From IMG/VR virus record IMGVR_UViG_3300012017_001157, positions 1 through 64,000 of that record: 64,000 nt of DNA; one strand, 5' to 3'. The number at the start of each line of letters is the position of its first letter. The stretch's first letter is position 1. Source of the stretch: an uncultured virus (IMG/VR IMGVR_UViG_3300012017_001157). Its lineage: Duplodnaviria > Heunggongvirae > Uroviricota > Caudoviricetes. The notes below the pieces were generated by a model that did no database searches, was not told the origin of the DNA, and saw nothing but the letters and a program-made list of their open reading frames with translations. A program made the position numbers and the translations under genes. This document shows positions 41,097-49,577 of the stretch, one piece after another.

Positions 41097-41378
41097 ATGA
41101 GCAAGGCAATCAAGTTGGCAGAGGCAGCCGAAATGATTCGCAGCAGCAACGGCGCAATCTTCGGCGTGGACTTCGTGAAGCGCACGACGGGCGAGGTTCG
41201 CAAGATGACGGCGCGGCTCGGAGTCAAGAAGCACCTCAAAGGTGGCGAGGCTGCGTATGACGCGGCGGCGAAAGACCTCATCTTCGTCTACGACATCACC
41301 AAGAAGGCGTATCGTTCGGTTGCGCTTGACGCAATCACGGCGGTTCGCTTTGGCGGCGAGGTCTACGAAGTCAAGTAA
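41097..41378 (+). CDS. SH3/WYL-like beta-barrel protein (DUF2693-like)
   Basis: F.V.FVK..GE.R.M.ARLGV...VYD....YRS..L..I pattern. Confidence 0.6.
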   Translation: MSKAIKLAEAAEMIRSSNGAIFGVDFVKRTTGEVRKMTARLGVKKHLKGGEAAYDAAAKDLIFVYDITKKAYRSVALDAITAVRFGGEVYEVK

Positions 41379-41502
41379 TCCGACGGAGGTCTGGGCAAGA
41401 AGGGCGAGGGCAACCTCGCCTTTTTTGTTCACCTCACACGGGCCGCGGCCCGTGTGATTAGAACTCTTGACGACAGAATAGAAGTCTGCTTATAATCAAG
41501 TA

Positions 41503-41715
41503 TCGGGTCGTGAGGAGACGACTAGTTGGTGGTAAGAATAACCACCCGAGACGATAAGACTGGCGGGCTTTGGCATTGACCAGCAGGGGTGCCGCCAGTA
41601 GTGGACTAGCGAAAGCGAAAGTCCACCTTCGCAAGAGGATAAGCGTCAATGCCGCGAAAGGGTTGGGGGGGTCGCAACTTGGGGGTGGTTCCCCTAGGCG
41701 ACTCCCCTTCATTTT
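41503..41715 (+). ncRNA. Putative structured non-coding RNA with pseudoknot (about 210 nt)
   Basis: TTGACG-18-TATAAT promoter, no RBS-linked ORF, consecutive hairpins with GNRA loops, loop GGCATTGAC complementary to downstream GTCAATGCC, terminal stem plus T-tract. Confidence 0.7.
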
Positions 41716-41828
41716 GTTCTGCTCCAAGTTGCCGCGGCAACTTGGATTTGAACCCTTGACAGGTCTGGAACTTATCGCGTAAGATTCTGGTGTCGGGGCT
41801 TCCCGATGAGTAGCAAGGAGGCAAGAAA

Positions 41829-42236
41829 ATGGGCAAGGCAATCAAGTTCGGAGTCGGGGCGTTTGAGGCTGGTGCGCCAACTCCCGCGCTGTTCAACTGG
41901 GTTGAGGTCGTGGACTTCAACGATGACGGCAACACGCTCACCGAACTCTACCGCGTGGGCGAGTGGGACATGACGGAGGTTGCGGTTTCTGGTAAGTATG
42001 GCGCAACGAGCGTCGTGCTCTGGTGCGATGAGGAGGGTCTCTACAACGAGCCAGTCCTCCGCAATCATGCGGCGACATCACTCCGCAACGAAATCCTGCG
42101 CGGATACGCTGACCCGATCTACGGCAACTGCGTACTCACCGCAGAGGACGAGGACGGCAAGACGCTCGCGCTCACCGATGAACAGGCTGCGGAAATCAAG
42201 ACGCTGCTAGAACTGGGCAACTACCCAATCAAGTAG
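41829..42236 (+). CDS. DUF3846-like protein
   Basis: LWCDEEGL...N..AT...I.GN.VL...D.DG...LT.EQ. Confidence 0.7.
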   Translation: MGKAIKFGVGAFEAGAPTPALFNWVEVVDFNDDGNTLTELYRVGEWDMTEVAVSGKYGATSVVLWCDEEGLYNEPVLRNHAATSLRNEILRGYADPIYGNCVLTAEDEDGKTLALTDEQAAEIKTLLELGNYPIK

Positions 42237-42403
42237 CGCGCACAAAATCGGGAACGACAACGGCGGGGAGAAATCCCCGCCGTTGTTTCTTTGTGGAGCT
42301 CCAACCTGCCGCGGCAGGTTGGAATAGAACACTTGACGAGCGGCTAGGAGTTCGCTTAGTATTCAGGGGCGGGGACTTCCCGCTAGGTAGCAAGGAGGCA
42401 AAA

Positions 42404-42733
42404 ATGAGCGAAGGCTACAATGGCTGGACGAACTGGGAAACTTGGGTCACCAATCTTTGGATTGAGGAGGGGCTGCTTGACCTCTTTGAGGTTGGCGAGC
42501 AGGCGCGCCACTTTGCAGAAACCAACGATAGCGACGGAAACTTCGCAGCCTATGAAATGGGGAGGTGGATTCGCGAGCAGGTTGAGGAGTTCATCGGCGA
42601 GCAGCCCGCGGGACTCGTTGCGGACTTCGTGGGCGGTTGTCTCTCGTCGGTGAACTGGACGGAAATCGCGAGCCATCACACGGACGAAGCGATTCGCAAC
42701 GAGCAGGAGCAGACGGCGAACGCGGAAGCGTAA
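42404..42733 (+). CDS. Conserved phage hypothetical (YNGWTNWETW family)
   Basis: YNGW.N.ETW..NLW...VNW.EIA. Confidence 0.75.
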   Translation: MSEGYNGWTNWETWVTNLWIEEGLLDLFEVGEQARHFAETNDSDGNFAAYEMGRWIREQVEEFIGEQPAGLVADFVGGCLSSVNWTEIASHHTDEAIRNEQEQTANAEA

Positions 42734-42865
42734 ACGAAAGCGGCAGGATTTTAGGTCGGCTCCACCCTGCCGCGGCAGGGTGGAATAGAACGCTTGACAA
42801 CCAAGCGGGAGTTCGCGTAGTATTGCCTTGCGGCACCTGCCGTAGAGGTAGCATAAGGAGGCAAG

Positions 42866-43150
42866 ATGTTTGGAGGGGACTTCGGTATCCAGGCAACCTA
42901 TGTGACGCGGTTCGTATCCACACCAGGGCACGGATACCTCGTAGCGGAGAAGGCAATGCTTCGCACGCTTGGTATCGCGGACAAGGTGAGCAACTGCTCG
43001 TATGAGCGCAATGGTAGCGTCTACCTAGAAGAAGATTGCGATGCGCCTCTCTTCATCGCGGCGATGGAGAAGAAGGGATTCTCGGTTTCATACAACTCGG
43101 TCAATGTTGATGATGAGTTCATTGACAAGATGGACTACTATCGCGGATAG
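42866..43150 (+). CDS. Conserved phage hypothetical (PGHG...YLEEDCD family)
   Basis: Motif pattern; own promoter, RBS and terminator. Confidence 0.75.
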   Translation: MFGGDFGIQATYVTRFVSTPGHGYLVAEKAMLRTLGIADKVSNCSYERNGSVYLEEDCDAPLFIAAMEKKGFSVSYNSVNVDDEFIDKMDYYRG

Positions 43151-43329
43151 CGCGCACAATCGTTAGCAACACACCAGCGGGATGCTACCCCCGCTGGTGT
43201 TTTCTTTTGTTCGGCTCTCGTGCGCCGCGGCGCACGAGACTCTCCCGAAACTAGGGGCTTGACGGATTGGAAATGGCGACTCTATGATGGGGCTACCCCG
43301 CTTGGGGTGGTAGCAATAAGGAGGCAGAA

Positions 43330-43539
43330 ATGTTCAGGTGCGATTGGTGCAGCGAAACAATCACCAGCGAGGACGGCAAGTGGACGGACGAGTTCAGCGG
43401 AGTCTGGTACCACGACTATTGCGGTAAGGAGTTCCGCGACGAACTCCGCGCTGAGGCAGCCGCGCTGCTTGGCGACAAGGACGCGATGATGTACGAGGAC
43501 GATTGGGACGGCTCGCAGTACCTCTGGGATAGGCGATAA
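43330..43539 (+). CDS. Small hypothetical, last plus-strand cassette
   Basis: CDWC...H..C; own promoter and RBS. Confidence 0.7.
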   Translation: MFRCDWCSETITSEDGKWTDEFSGVWYHDYCGKEFRDELRAEAAALLGDKDAMMYEDDWDGSQYLWDRR

Positions 43540-43760
43540 CTAACTAGCCCCCGCAGGTCTGGGACTTGCGGGGGCATAACATTTGTGGGGGCATTACGGG
43601 CCGCGGCCCGTAATGTTGGAACTTATATTATTCCCCGTTTATATTATTTATGTTATTTACTTATCACTTGTGTGTTAGACATCTAACAACAGCACCCAGG
43701 GTGCTGCGATAGAGCCTCCCCCCGACCACCGCGCCTGCGGCGATCGGGGGGAGGACTCCG

Positions 43761-44940
43761 TTAGCGCCAGCCGTCCTCGTGCTGCGTCAACGGATCGGTT
43801 TCATCTTCGCGCTTCGACGCGTAATCCAGGTTGCGCTCCTTTCGATCTTCCTCGTCGCGCTGCCACTCTTCTTCGCGCTCCTCGACGCACTCCTCGCAAA
43901 GAATCGCGTCGAAGTCGCTGTGCGGCTCAACGCTCGACAAAGCGCTTGTTCCGCAATCCTCACACTCGACGCAATCGTCGCAAAGCATTTGCTCGATCGT
44001 TTCGCGGAAAGAAACTTTCGCCGCGTGCGGAGTGCCTTCATCGATTCCGCAATCCTCACATCGCTGCTCGTCAATGCAGCATTGTTTGCAATCTCCTTTC
44101 TTCGTCATCTCGCATTGTCCGTGTGCTTCACACTCAAACATCGTGAACCTCCAATGCTGTTGCGAGGTGCGAGCGCCGCGCGCCCGCACCCCGCTGTGAT
44201 TACGCGTTAGCAGCGTCGCGCTGCTTCGCTGTTGCTTTCGCAACCGACTTCATCGCGCTTGCAAGTTTCGCTTGCAGCGCGCTCGTGTTCTCCTCGAAGT
44301 ATGCGAGCGTTGCCGTTGCCGTTGCGAGTGCCGCTTCCGACTTCGCAACCAACTTCTTGTTTGGCTTCGACTCGATCGCAAGTTCCACGAGTGTTGCGCG
44401 CTCAAACTCGACAACATCGGCAGCAAGCGCGCGCTGCTCAATGCTGCGTGCAAGCAACTTGTTGATCACGCCGATCGACTCCGTTGCTGTGCGCTTTGTT
44501 TGCTTTGCTTTCTTGCTCATTGTGCTGTCCTCCAAACTTGTGGAGTGTGGAAGCGCCGCGCGCTTCCACACTCCTTTGCTTCACTCAACGACGCAGGTTT
44601 CTGCTTGGTCGATGTAGATGTCCATACGCGTTGCAACCGCGTCGCAATCCGCGCACTCCCATCGACCGAGAGCAGCAATCTCCTCGTCGTGCTCGTCGCG
44701 ATGCTGCGACAACCACGCGGCAATCTCTCCCGCGTAGTCGTGCGGCGATTCGATTGCGTCGACCGCGTGGTCGGCGGTGTCGAGCGTTCGCGCAAACTCG
44801 ACAACATACTCGTTGAGAAGTTGCGCGTACGCCACACGCGCTTGCAGCGAGTTGCTGCGATTCTCAACAAACTTCCAATGGTGCGTGGTGAGTTGAGCAC
44901 CACGCTCCAACAAGATTGCGATGCGCTTCATCGCTCCCAT
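43761..44940 (-). CDS. Three-gene minus-strand cassette (43761-44141 Cys-rich acidic, 44200-44520 Ala/Lys-rich helical, 44581-44940)
   Basis: Each has a GGAGG RBS and a preceding hairpin. Confidence 0.75.
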
Positions 44941-45201
44941 CGTGAACCTCCAATGCTACCTGCGACGCTTCACCATCACATCGGCTCCTTCGCCGTAGTG
45001 CCGCCGCTGCACCCATCATCAGGCTTCTACTCCGTGAGATTTTTTTTCTCGGGTCGTACGCGCCGGAGGCGCGCCCATGGAACTTATTCCTCTTATTTAT
45101 TTATTTATATTGTGAGGGGGTTAGAGATATAACAGCAGCACAGGGTGCCGCGGTATAACTAACCCCCCTCCCACCGCGCTGGGTGGAAGGGGGGCTAGAC
45201 T

Positions 45202-46358
45202 TTAGGAGATCGTGAAGCAGCGTGCCACGACGTATCCAGAAGCGTAGTCCTCATGCTGACCACACTCCTTGATGATCTCCTGAACGCTCCGATTGTGAGC
45301 GATCTCAAGATTCTCTGACCACTCCTTCAGGTAGAAGTGACCCGTTGGAAGAATCTTCTCAGTGTTCACCGAGAGCGCGCACAGCAGTTCATCTTCAGTC
45401 CACAACGTAACGGCAGTGTTGCCGTTGTGATACAGGACGATCTGAACTTCTGCGTCGTATTCCGTTTCAAATGCGCGAACCTTGATCTTCTTTCCTTCAG
45501 ACTTGAACATGATTCCCTCCTTCACTAATGGTGAAGTGCGAGCGTCGCATTCGCTCGCACTTCGTTTGACTACTTGGCCGCTACCTTTTCGTACGCGCCA
45601 GAAGCGACTTTGTACGAAACGACGCTCAGCACCTTGTCGCCGCATGAAACGCAAAACGGAACATGCTCGTACGTTTCCCTTACGTCCATCTCGCCGACAA
45701 TGTCCTTCGCCGTGAGTGCGCGGATTGGAAACTCAATCTTCGCCCTGATGATCTCATCAAGATCAAATCCAAGTGTTCCGCATCCAAAGCAAACGTAAAA
45801 CTCGCCAATGTCAAACGCTTCAACTTCAATAGTTTCGTCAACGCGTCCGACTGCGCTCAAACTAACTTTCGTCCTCATGATCATCTCCTTCAATGCTTGT
45901 GAGGTGCGAGCGTCGCATTCGCTCGCACCTCGTTTGATTGAACTGCGACGAGATTCCTACTCGCAGGGTTCCTCGTCGCCGCTCTCAATAGAATGCGCTT
46001 CAGCGTCGCACTCTATACAGTGCCAATAACCAAACTTGCGAGTCATGTACTCCTTCTCTGAAGTTGCGACGTCCATGTTCTCAATGAACTCCGCAACGCC
46101 ATCAAGAAACTTGTGAGGCTTCTCAAGGACGTACATCGCTTCCGCGCCAGTGCTCTTTGTTGCTGCGTACTGCTCAATGATTTCTCGTGAACCATTGTGG
46201 AGCGACCACGCAACATCATCGTAATCATCGTCAGCATCTCTGGCGATGAACTCCCATTCGTGCGTGCGCTCCTCTTGAGCCACGATTGGATTCACGACTT
46301 CACTGACGACTTCAGCGAAGAGGTTTGCGCGCTGTTGCGAGCGTTCCTTCTCGGACAT
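45202..46358 (-). CDS. Three-gene cassette (45202-45510 DUF4313-like, 45570-45878, 45957-46358)
   Basis: Y.NG.TAV.L...LSVN motif in the first; AGGAG RBSs. Confidence 0.7.
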
Positions 46359-46613
46359 CTCTGTCCTCCTTTTTGCTACCGCGCACTTCGGTGTCGCAAC
46401 GGCTCATGCCGCACCGCGTCCGCTGACCCCATCATCGCGTTTCTGTTGATTGAGATTTTTAGGCCGAGGTCGTACACGCCGGAGGCGTGGCCATGGAACT
46501 TATTGCTCTTATTTATATTCATATTGTGTGTTAGATATAGAACTACAGGCCCCAGGGGGCCGCGATAGAGCAATCCCCCCAACCGCGGGACCTCGCGGCT
46601 GGGGGGATGTCTG

Positions 46614-46955
46614 CTAGACGTAGATCGTTTCGCGTTCCTTGAATCCGTAGATCGCACGCTGACGATTCGCCTTCGCAGTGCCTAGCGCAGCGCGCCTGCT
46701 GCTGATGATCGTGGTGGGGTCAACGTGAATCATCCCATCCTCTACCCACGCGCCTGCGTGACGCGTGTTGTACCGTACTGCGCATTCCAACAGTGCAGTG
46801 CGCAGTGCACGCTCAGTAGTATCAAGCGGCAGCAGTACTGCAGTCCGATCAGTGGAACCCACTGCGTACCCGCGTGCAGGATTCACTGCGCGCATTCCGC
46901 GCGCGCGTACCGTCACGCCGCCTAGCGTGGCGATCAGTGCCAATAGCGATTCCAT
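46614..46955 (-). CDS. Conserved phage hypothetical (GG.T...GY.V...G.W...Q.AIY)
   Basis: Motif pattern; GGGAGG RBS. Confidence 0.7.
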   Translation of the reverse strand: MESLLALIATLGGVTVRARGMRAVNPARGYAVGSTDRTAVLLPLDTTERALRTALLECAVRYNTRHAGAWVEDGMIHVDPTTIISSRRAALGTAKANRQRAIYGFKERETIYV

Positions 46956-47228
46956 ACCGTTCCCTCCCGTACTGATGCGACGCCACAGCAGCGCCGCTGA
47001 CCCCATCATCGCCGAGTCATACGGAGAGATTCTTTTTCTGGTGCTGTACGCGCCGGAGGCGTGTCTATCGAACTTATTACTTATATTTAGTTACTTATAT
47101 TCCACAAGAGAGTGCGACCGCCACCTGGGCGCTAGATAAAAAAAGAGAAAAAAATAAAGGAGCGAGCAGGGGGCTCTCTCGTCCCCCTGCTCCCTTGCCT
47201 CGCCCGCCTTTATACGCGGGCCGATCCG

Positions 47229-47459
47229 TTAGGCGATCGCGCGGCGCACGATGCCTTGATGGCGCGATGTGGTCACGCTCCATCGCGTGGGGTCAATGCT
47301 CCACACGCCATTGGTAAAATCCGCGATGCATACGCGGTACGAATACACCATGTATTGCGTACCGATCAATTCGCCGCGGAAATTTCCCGTGTGCGAAACA
47401 AACGGTAGCCGCTCCTTGATGCGGTCTATCGCTTGCTTGCGGTTGATCCGCTTGCCCAT
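47229..47459 (-). CDS. Conserved phage hypothetical (YSY...TTSRHQ family)
   Basis: Motif pattern; AGGAGG RBS. Confidence 0.75.
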   Translation of the reverse strand: MGKRINRKQAIDRIKERLPFVSHTGNFRGELIGTQYMVYSYRVCIADFTNGVWSIDPTRWSVTTSRHQGIVRRAIA

Positions 47460-47694
47460 TTGCGTATCCTCCTATTGCTGCAGCGCCCTTGCTATCGGGG
47501 CTAGGCACATCATCCCCTATTGATACGGCGCGGTATTTCTTCTCAGCTAGTACGCGCCGGAGGCGTGTCTATCGAACTTATTACTTATATATTGTTACTT
47601 ATATATCTCTTGTGAGTTACACATCTAACAGCAGCACGGGGGGCCGCGACAGAACTTTCCCCCCCACCGCGCGTCCGCGGTGAGGGGGAAGTCC

Positions 47695-48006
47695 TTACTG
47701 AATCGACTGGATTTGGATTCCCTTGTTGCCTTCCCAGTCGGTACCCTTCTCGGCTGCTACCTTCTCCAATTGCGAAAGGTAGAATCGCTGCTTCTCCAAT
47801 TCGAGACGAGCGCGAAGGTACGCCATTCGGCTGGCGCCAACATTCTCGCTTGCCTTGATCGCATCACCAGCGCTTCCCGTGATCGTTGCGAGCGAAAGAA
47901 TCGCTTCTGCTTTCGCGACAAGATTCTCCGTTTCCGCGAAGATGTCTTGCGCTTCTGCTACCACCTTGCGAAGCGCTTCGATCGCTTCGCCGATTGTCTT
48001 GATCAT
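47695..48006 (-). CDS. Helical hypothetical protein
   Basis: Behind a type-B promoter; AAGGTGG RBS. Confidence 0.65.
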   Translation of the reverse strand: MIKTIGEAIEALRKVVAEAQDIFAETENLVAKAEAILSLATITGSAGDAIKASENVGASRMAYLRARLELEKQRFYLSQLEKVAAEKGTDWEGNKGIQIQSIQ

Positions 48007-48262
48007 TCCAAGCCACCTTTCTGCTAGACCATTGTGATGTCGCATTCATCACACCGCGCGTCCGCGGCTGCTCCATCATCTCCTAGATGTTGATTCGCGT
48101 TCTTTTAGCGGCGTCGTACTCGCCGGAGGCGAGCCTGTCGAACTTATGTTGTTATGTTACTTACTTATAGTCAGTCAGTTAGAGATAGAACAGCAGCACC
48201 CGGGGGGTTGCGAGAGAACTTCCCCCCGCCCACCGCGCCTGCGGTGAACGGGGGGAGGCCGA

Positions 48263-48929
48263 TCAGACGATGACCAGTCGTGCGTTCCAGTCCGTTCCAG
48301 TATTCCATCGTTCGCGTACGATCCACGCGCCGTCCTCATCCTGACGCAACACTTCGTATCCGATCGGATCGAGCGCGTCCTTCAGAATGAAGAATGCGCG
48401 GGTATCGAGTTCGTCGATCCACGACGATGGACGATCCTTCCGAATCGCTTCGATAGCCTTCACGATCCTATCCGATACACGATCGGATTCTGCTTCCATC
48501 CTAGTGCGATTCTCGCGCTCCGTCAGCGTCGAGCGATGCTCATACACGAGCCTCCATTCGATCGGGTTCACGTGCTTCACCATTGTGATTCTCCCTTCAG
48601 TGAAGTGATGCGCGGCGTCGCATTCGCCGCGCATCACCATCACGCTATTGCCAGACGATTCTATTGCGGAAGAATGCTGGTAGTTCGTACCAGACTTCGT
48701 CTTCCACTAGCACTCGCTTCGCTTCAGCGTCGCTGAAGTAGTGAATGCCGCCATAGCCGTCCGCTTCCATCACCATCAGCGCGTTCGCATTCGCGCTAAG
48801 TGCGACGTGGTAGCGGTGCGGCTTCGGACTCATCACGCCTTCCGTATTCACGCAAGTGATCGTGATGACGTCATCAGCATCACCGCGTACGGTGACGTCG
48901 CAACCTTCATCAGGTCGATGCCAAGTCAT
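48263..48929 (-). CDS. Two-gene cassette (48263-48583, 48645-48929)
   Basis: AAGGGAG RBSs; intercistronic hairpin. Confidence 0.65.
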
Positions 48930-49193
48930 ACCATTGTCTCCCTTCCGAGCCTTCGGTGGCTCGGACTCATCATCGCGCACTCATACAATAGCGTTTTCAT
49001 ACTCGGTCTGTACTCGCCGGAGGCGAGTCCATCGAACTTATTATGTTATTTGTTATTTATATTCATACTGTGAGTTACATATAGAACAGCAGCCCCAGGG
49101 GGCGCGACCGCCACCGAAGTCACATAGGTACAAAGAAGCCCCCGCCCTCCGCGCGCTCGCGGAGGACGGGGGCGGTTGCGTTCCGTGTGTGTG

Positions 49194-49577
49194 CTATCGC
49201 TTGCCGTAGCGGCGGCGCATCTTCTCATCGGCAACGATCACCGCGAAGATTGCGAGCCACGCCGCGCCCACGCTCGCCACACCCAGAAGGAGCGACATCG
49301 CATCGCCCGCACCCAGGAGCCACGAGATCGCCGTCCCAGCGATTCCAGACACCGCGCAGACCAGACCGAACGCGACAACCTCGCCGTCTGCTTCGCGTGG
49401 ATTCTTCGCGTAGCGGTGTTCCATTGCGAGATCGCCGATCTCGTAAACGAAACCCGCGAACGATACAACGCCGAGAGCCGCGAAACCGAAGAGAACCGAC
49501 AGCACCGCATCGCCGCGGAGAACGAAAGAAAGAGCCGCCGCCGCCATCGGCGAAAGAAGAAGTAGCATCGCGTACAT
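49194..49577 (-). CDS. Four-TM membrane protein, first gene of the type-B array
   Basis: Four hydrophobic segments; AGGAGG RBS. Confidence 0.7.
   Translation of the reverse strand: MYAMLLLLSPMAAAALSFVLRGDAVLSVLFGFAALGVVSFAGFVYEIGDLAMEHRYAKNPREADGEVVAFGLVCAVSGIAGTAISWLLGAGDAMSLLLGVASVGAAWLAIFAVIVADEKMRRRYGKR

Larger units (their letters stand above)
33914..43288 (+). promoter_or_regulatory. Sigma70-like promoters following type-A elements (TTGAC - 18 bp - T/GANNNT), then a short 5' hairpin and AAGGAGG RBS
   Basis: e.g. ttgacc-18-tacaat 33914, ttgaca-18-gaaaat 34925, ttgacg-18-gacaat 36510, ttgacg-18-tataat 41467, ttgacg-18-tatgat 43259. Confidence 0.88.
33863..43622 (+). repeat. Array of 17 type-A 38-bp hairpin elements starting at 33863, 34885, 35594, 36472, 37661, 38427, 39043, 39500, 40183, 40500, 40987, 41427, 41716, 42293, 42754, 43209, 43585
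   Basis: Consensus GTTC-N3-[10-bp arm]-NGCS-[perfect reverse complement]-N3-GAAC; geometry constant, arms all different. Confidence 0.95.

Noticed and set aside
33863..43622. CRISPR array interpretation of the regular repeats
   Set aside because: Repeats differ in sequence, the intervals are 0.3-1.2 kb of genes with promoters, and no cas operon is present
33863..43622. Canonical integron attC sites
   Set aside because: attC reads RYYYAAC...GTTRRRY, is longer and has extrahelical bases; these read GTTC...GAAC, are 38 bp, precede promoter-bearing cassettes, and no IntI is in the window
33863..43622. LexA/SOS boxes
   Set aside because: The Gram-positive-type box is GAAC-N4-GTTC; here the order is reversed with a 30-nt spacer
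44272..45132. Long plus-strand ORFs over the type-B genes and other antisense ORFs in the track
   Set aside because: No RBS, Arg/Cys-rich shadow composition, and they lie opposite genes with clear RBSs and promoters
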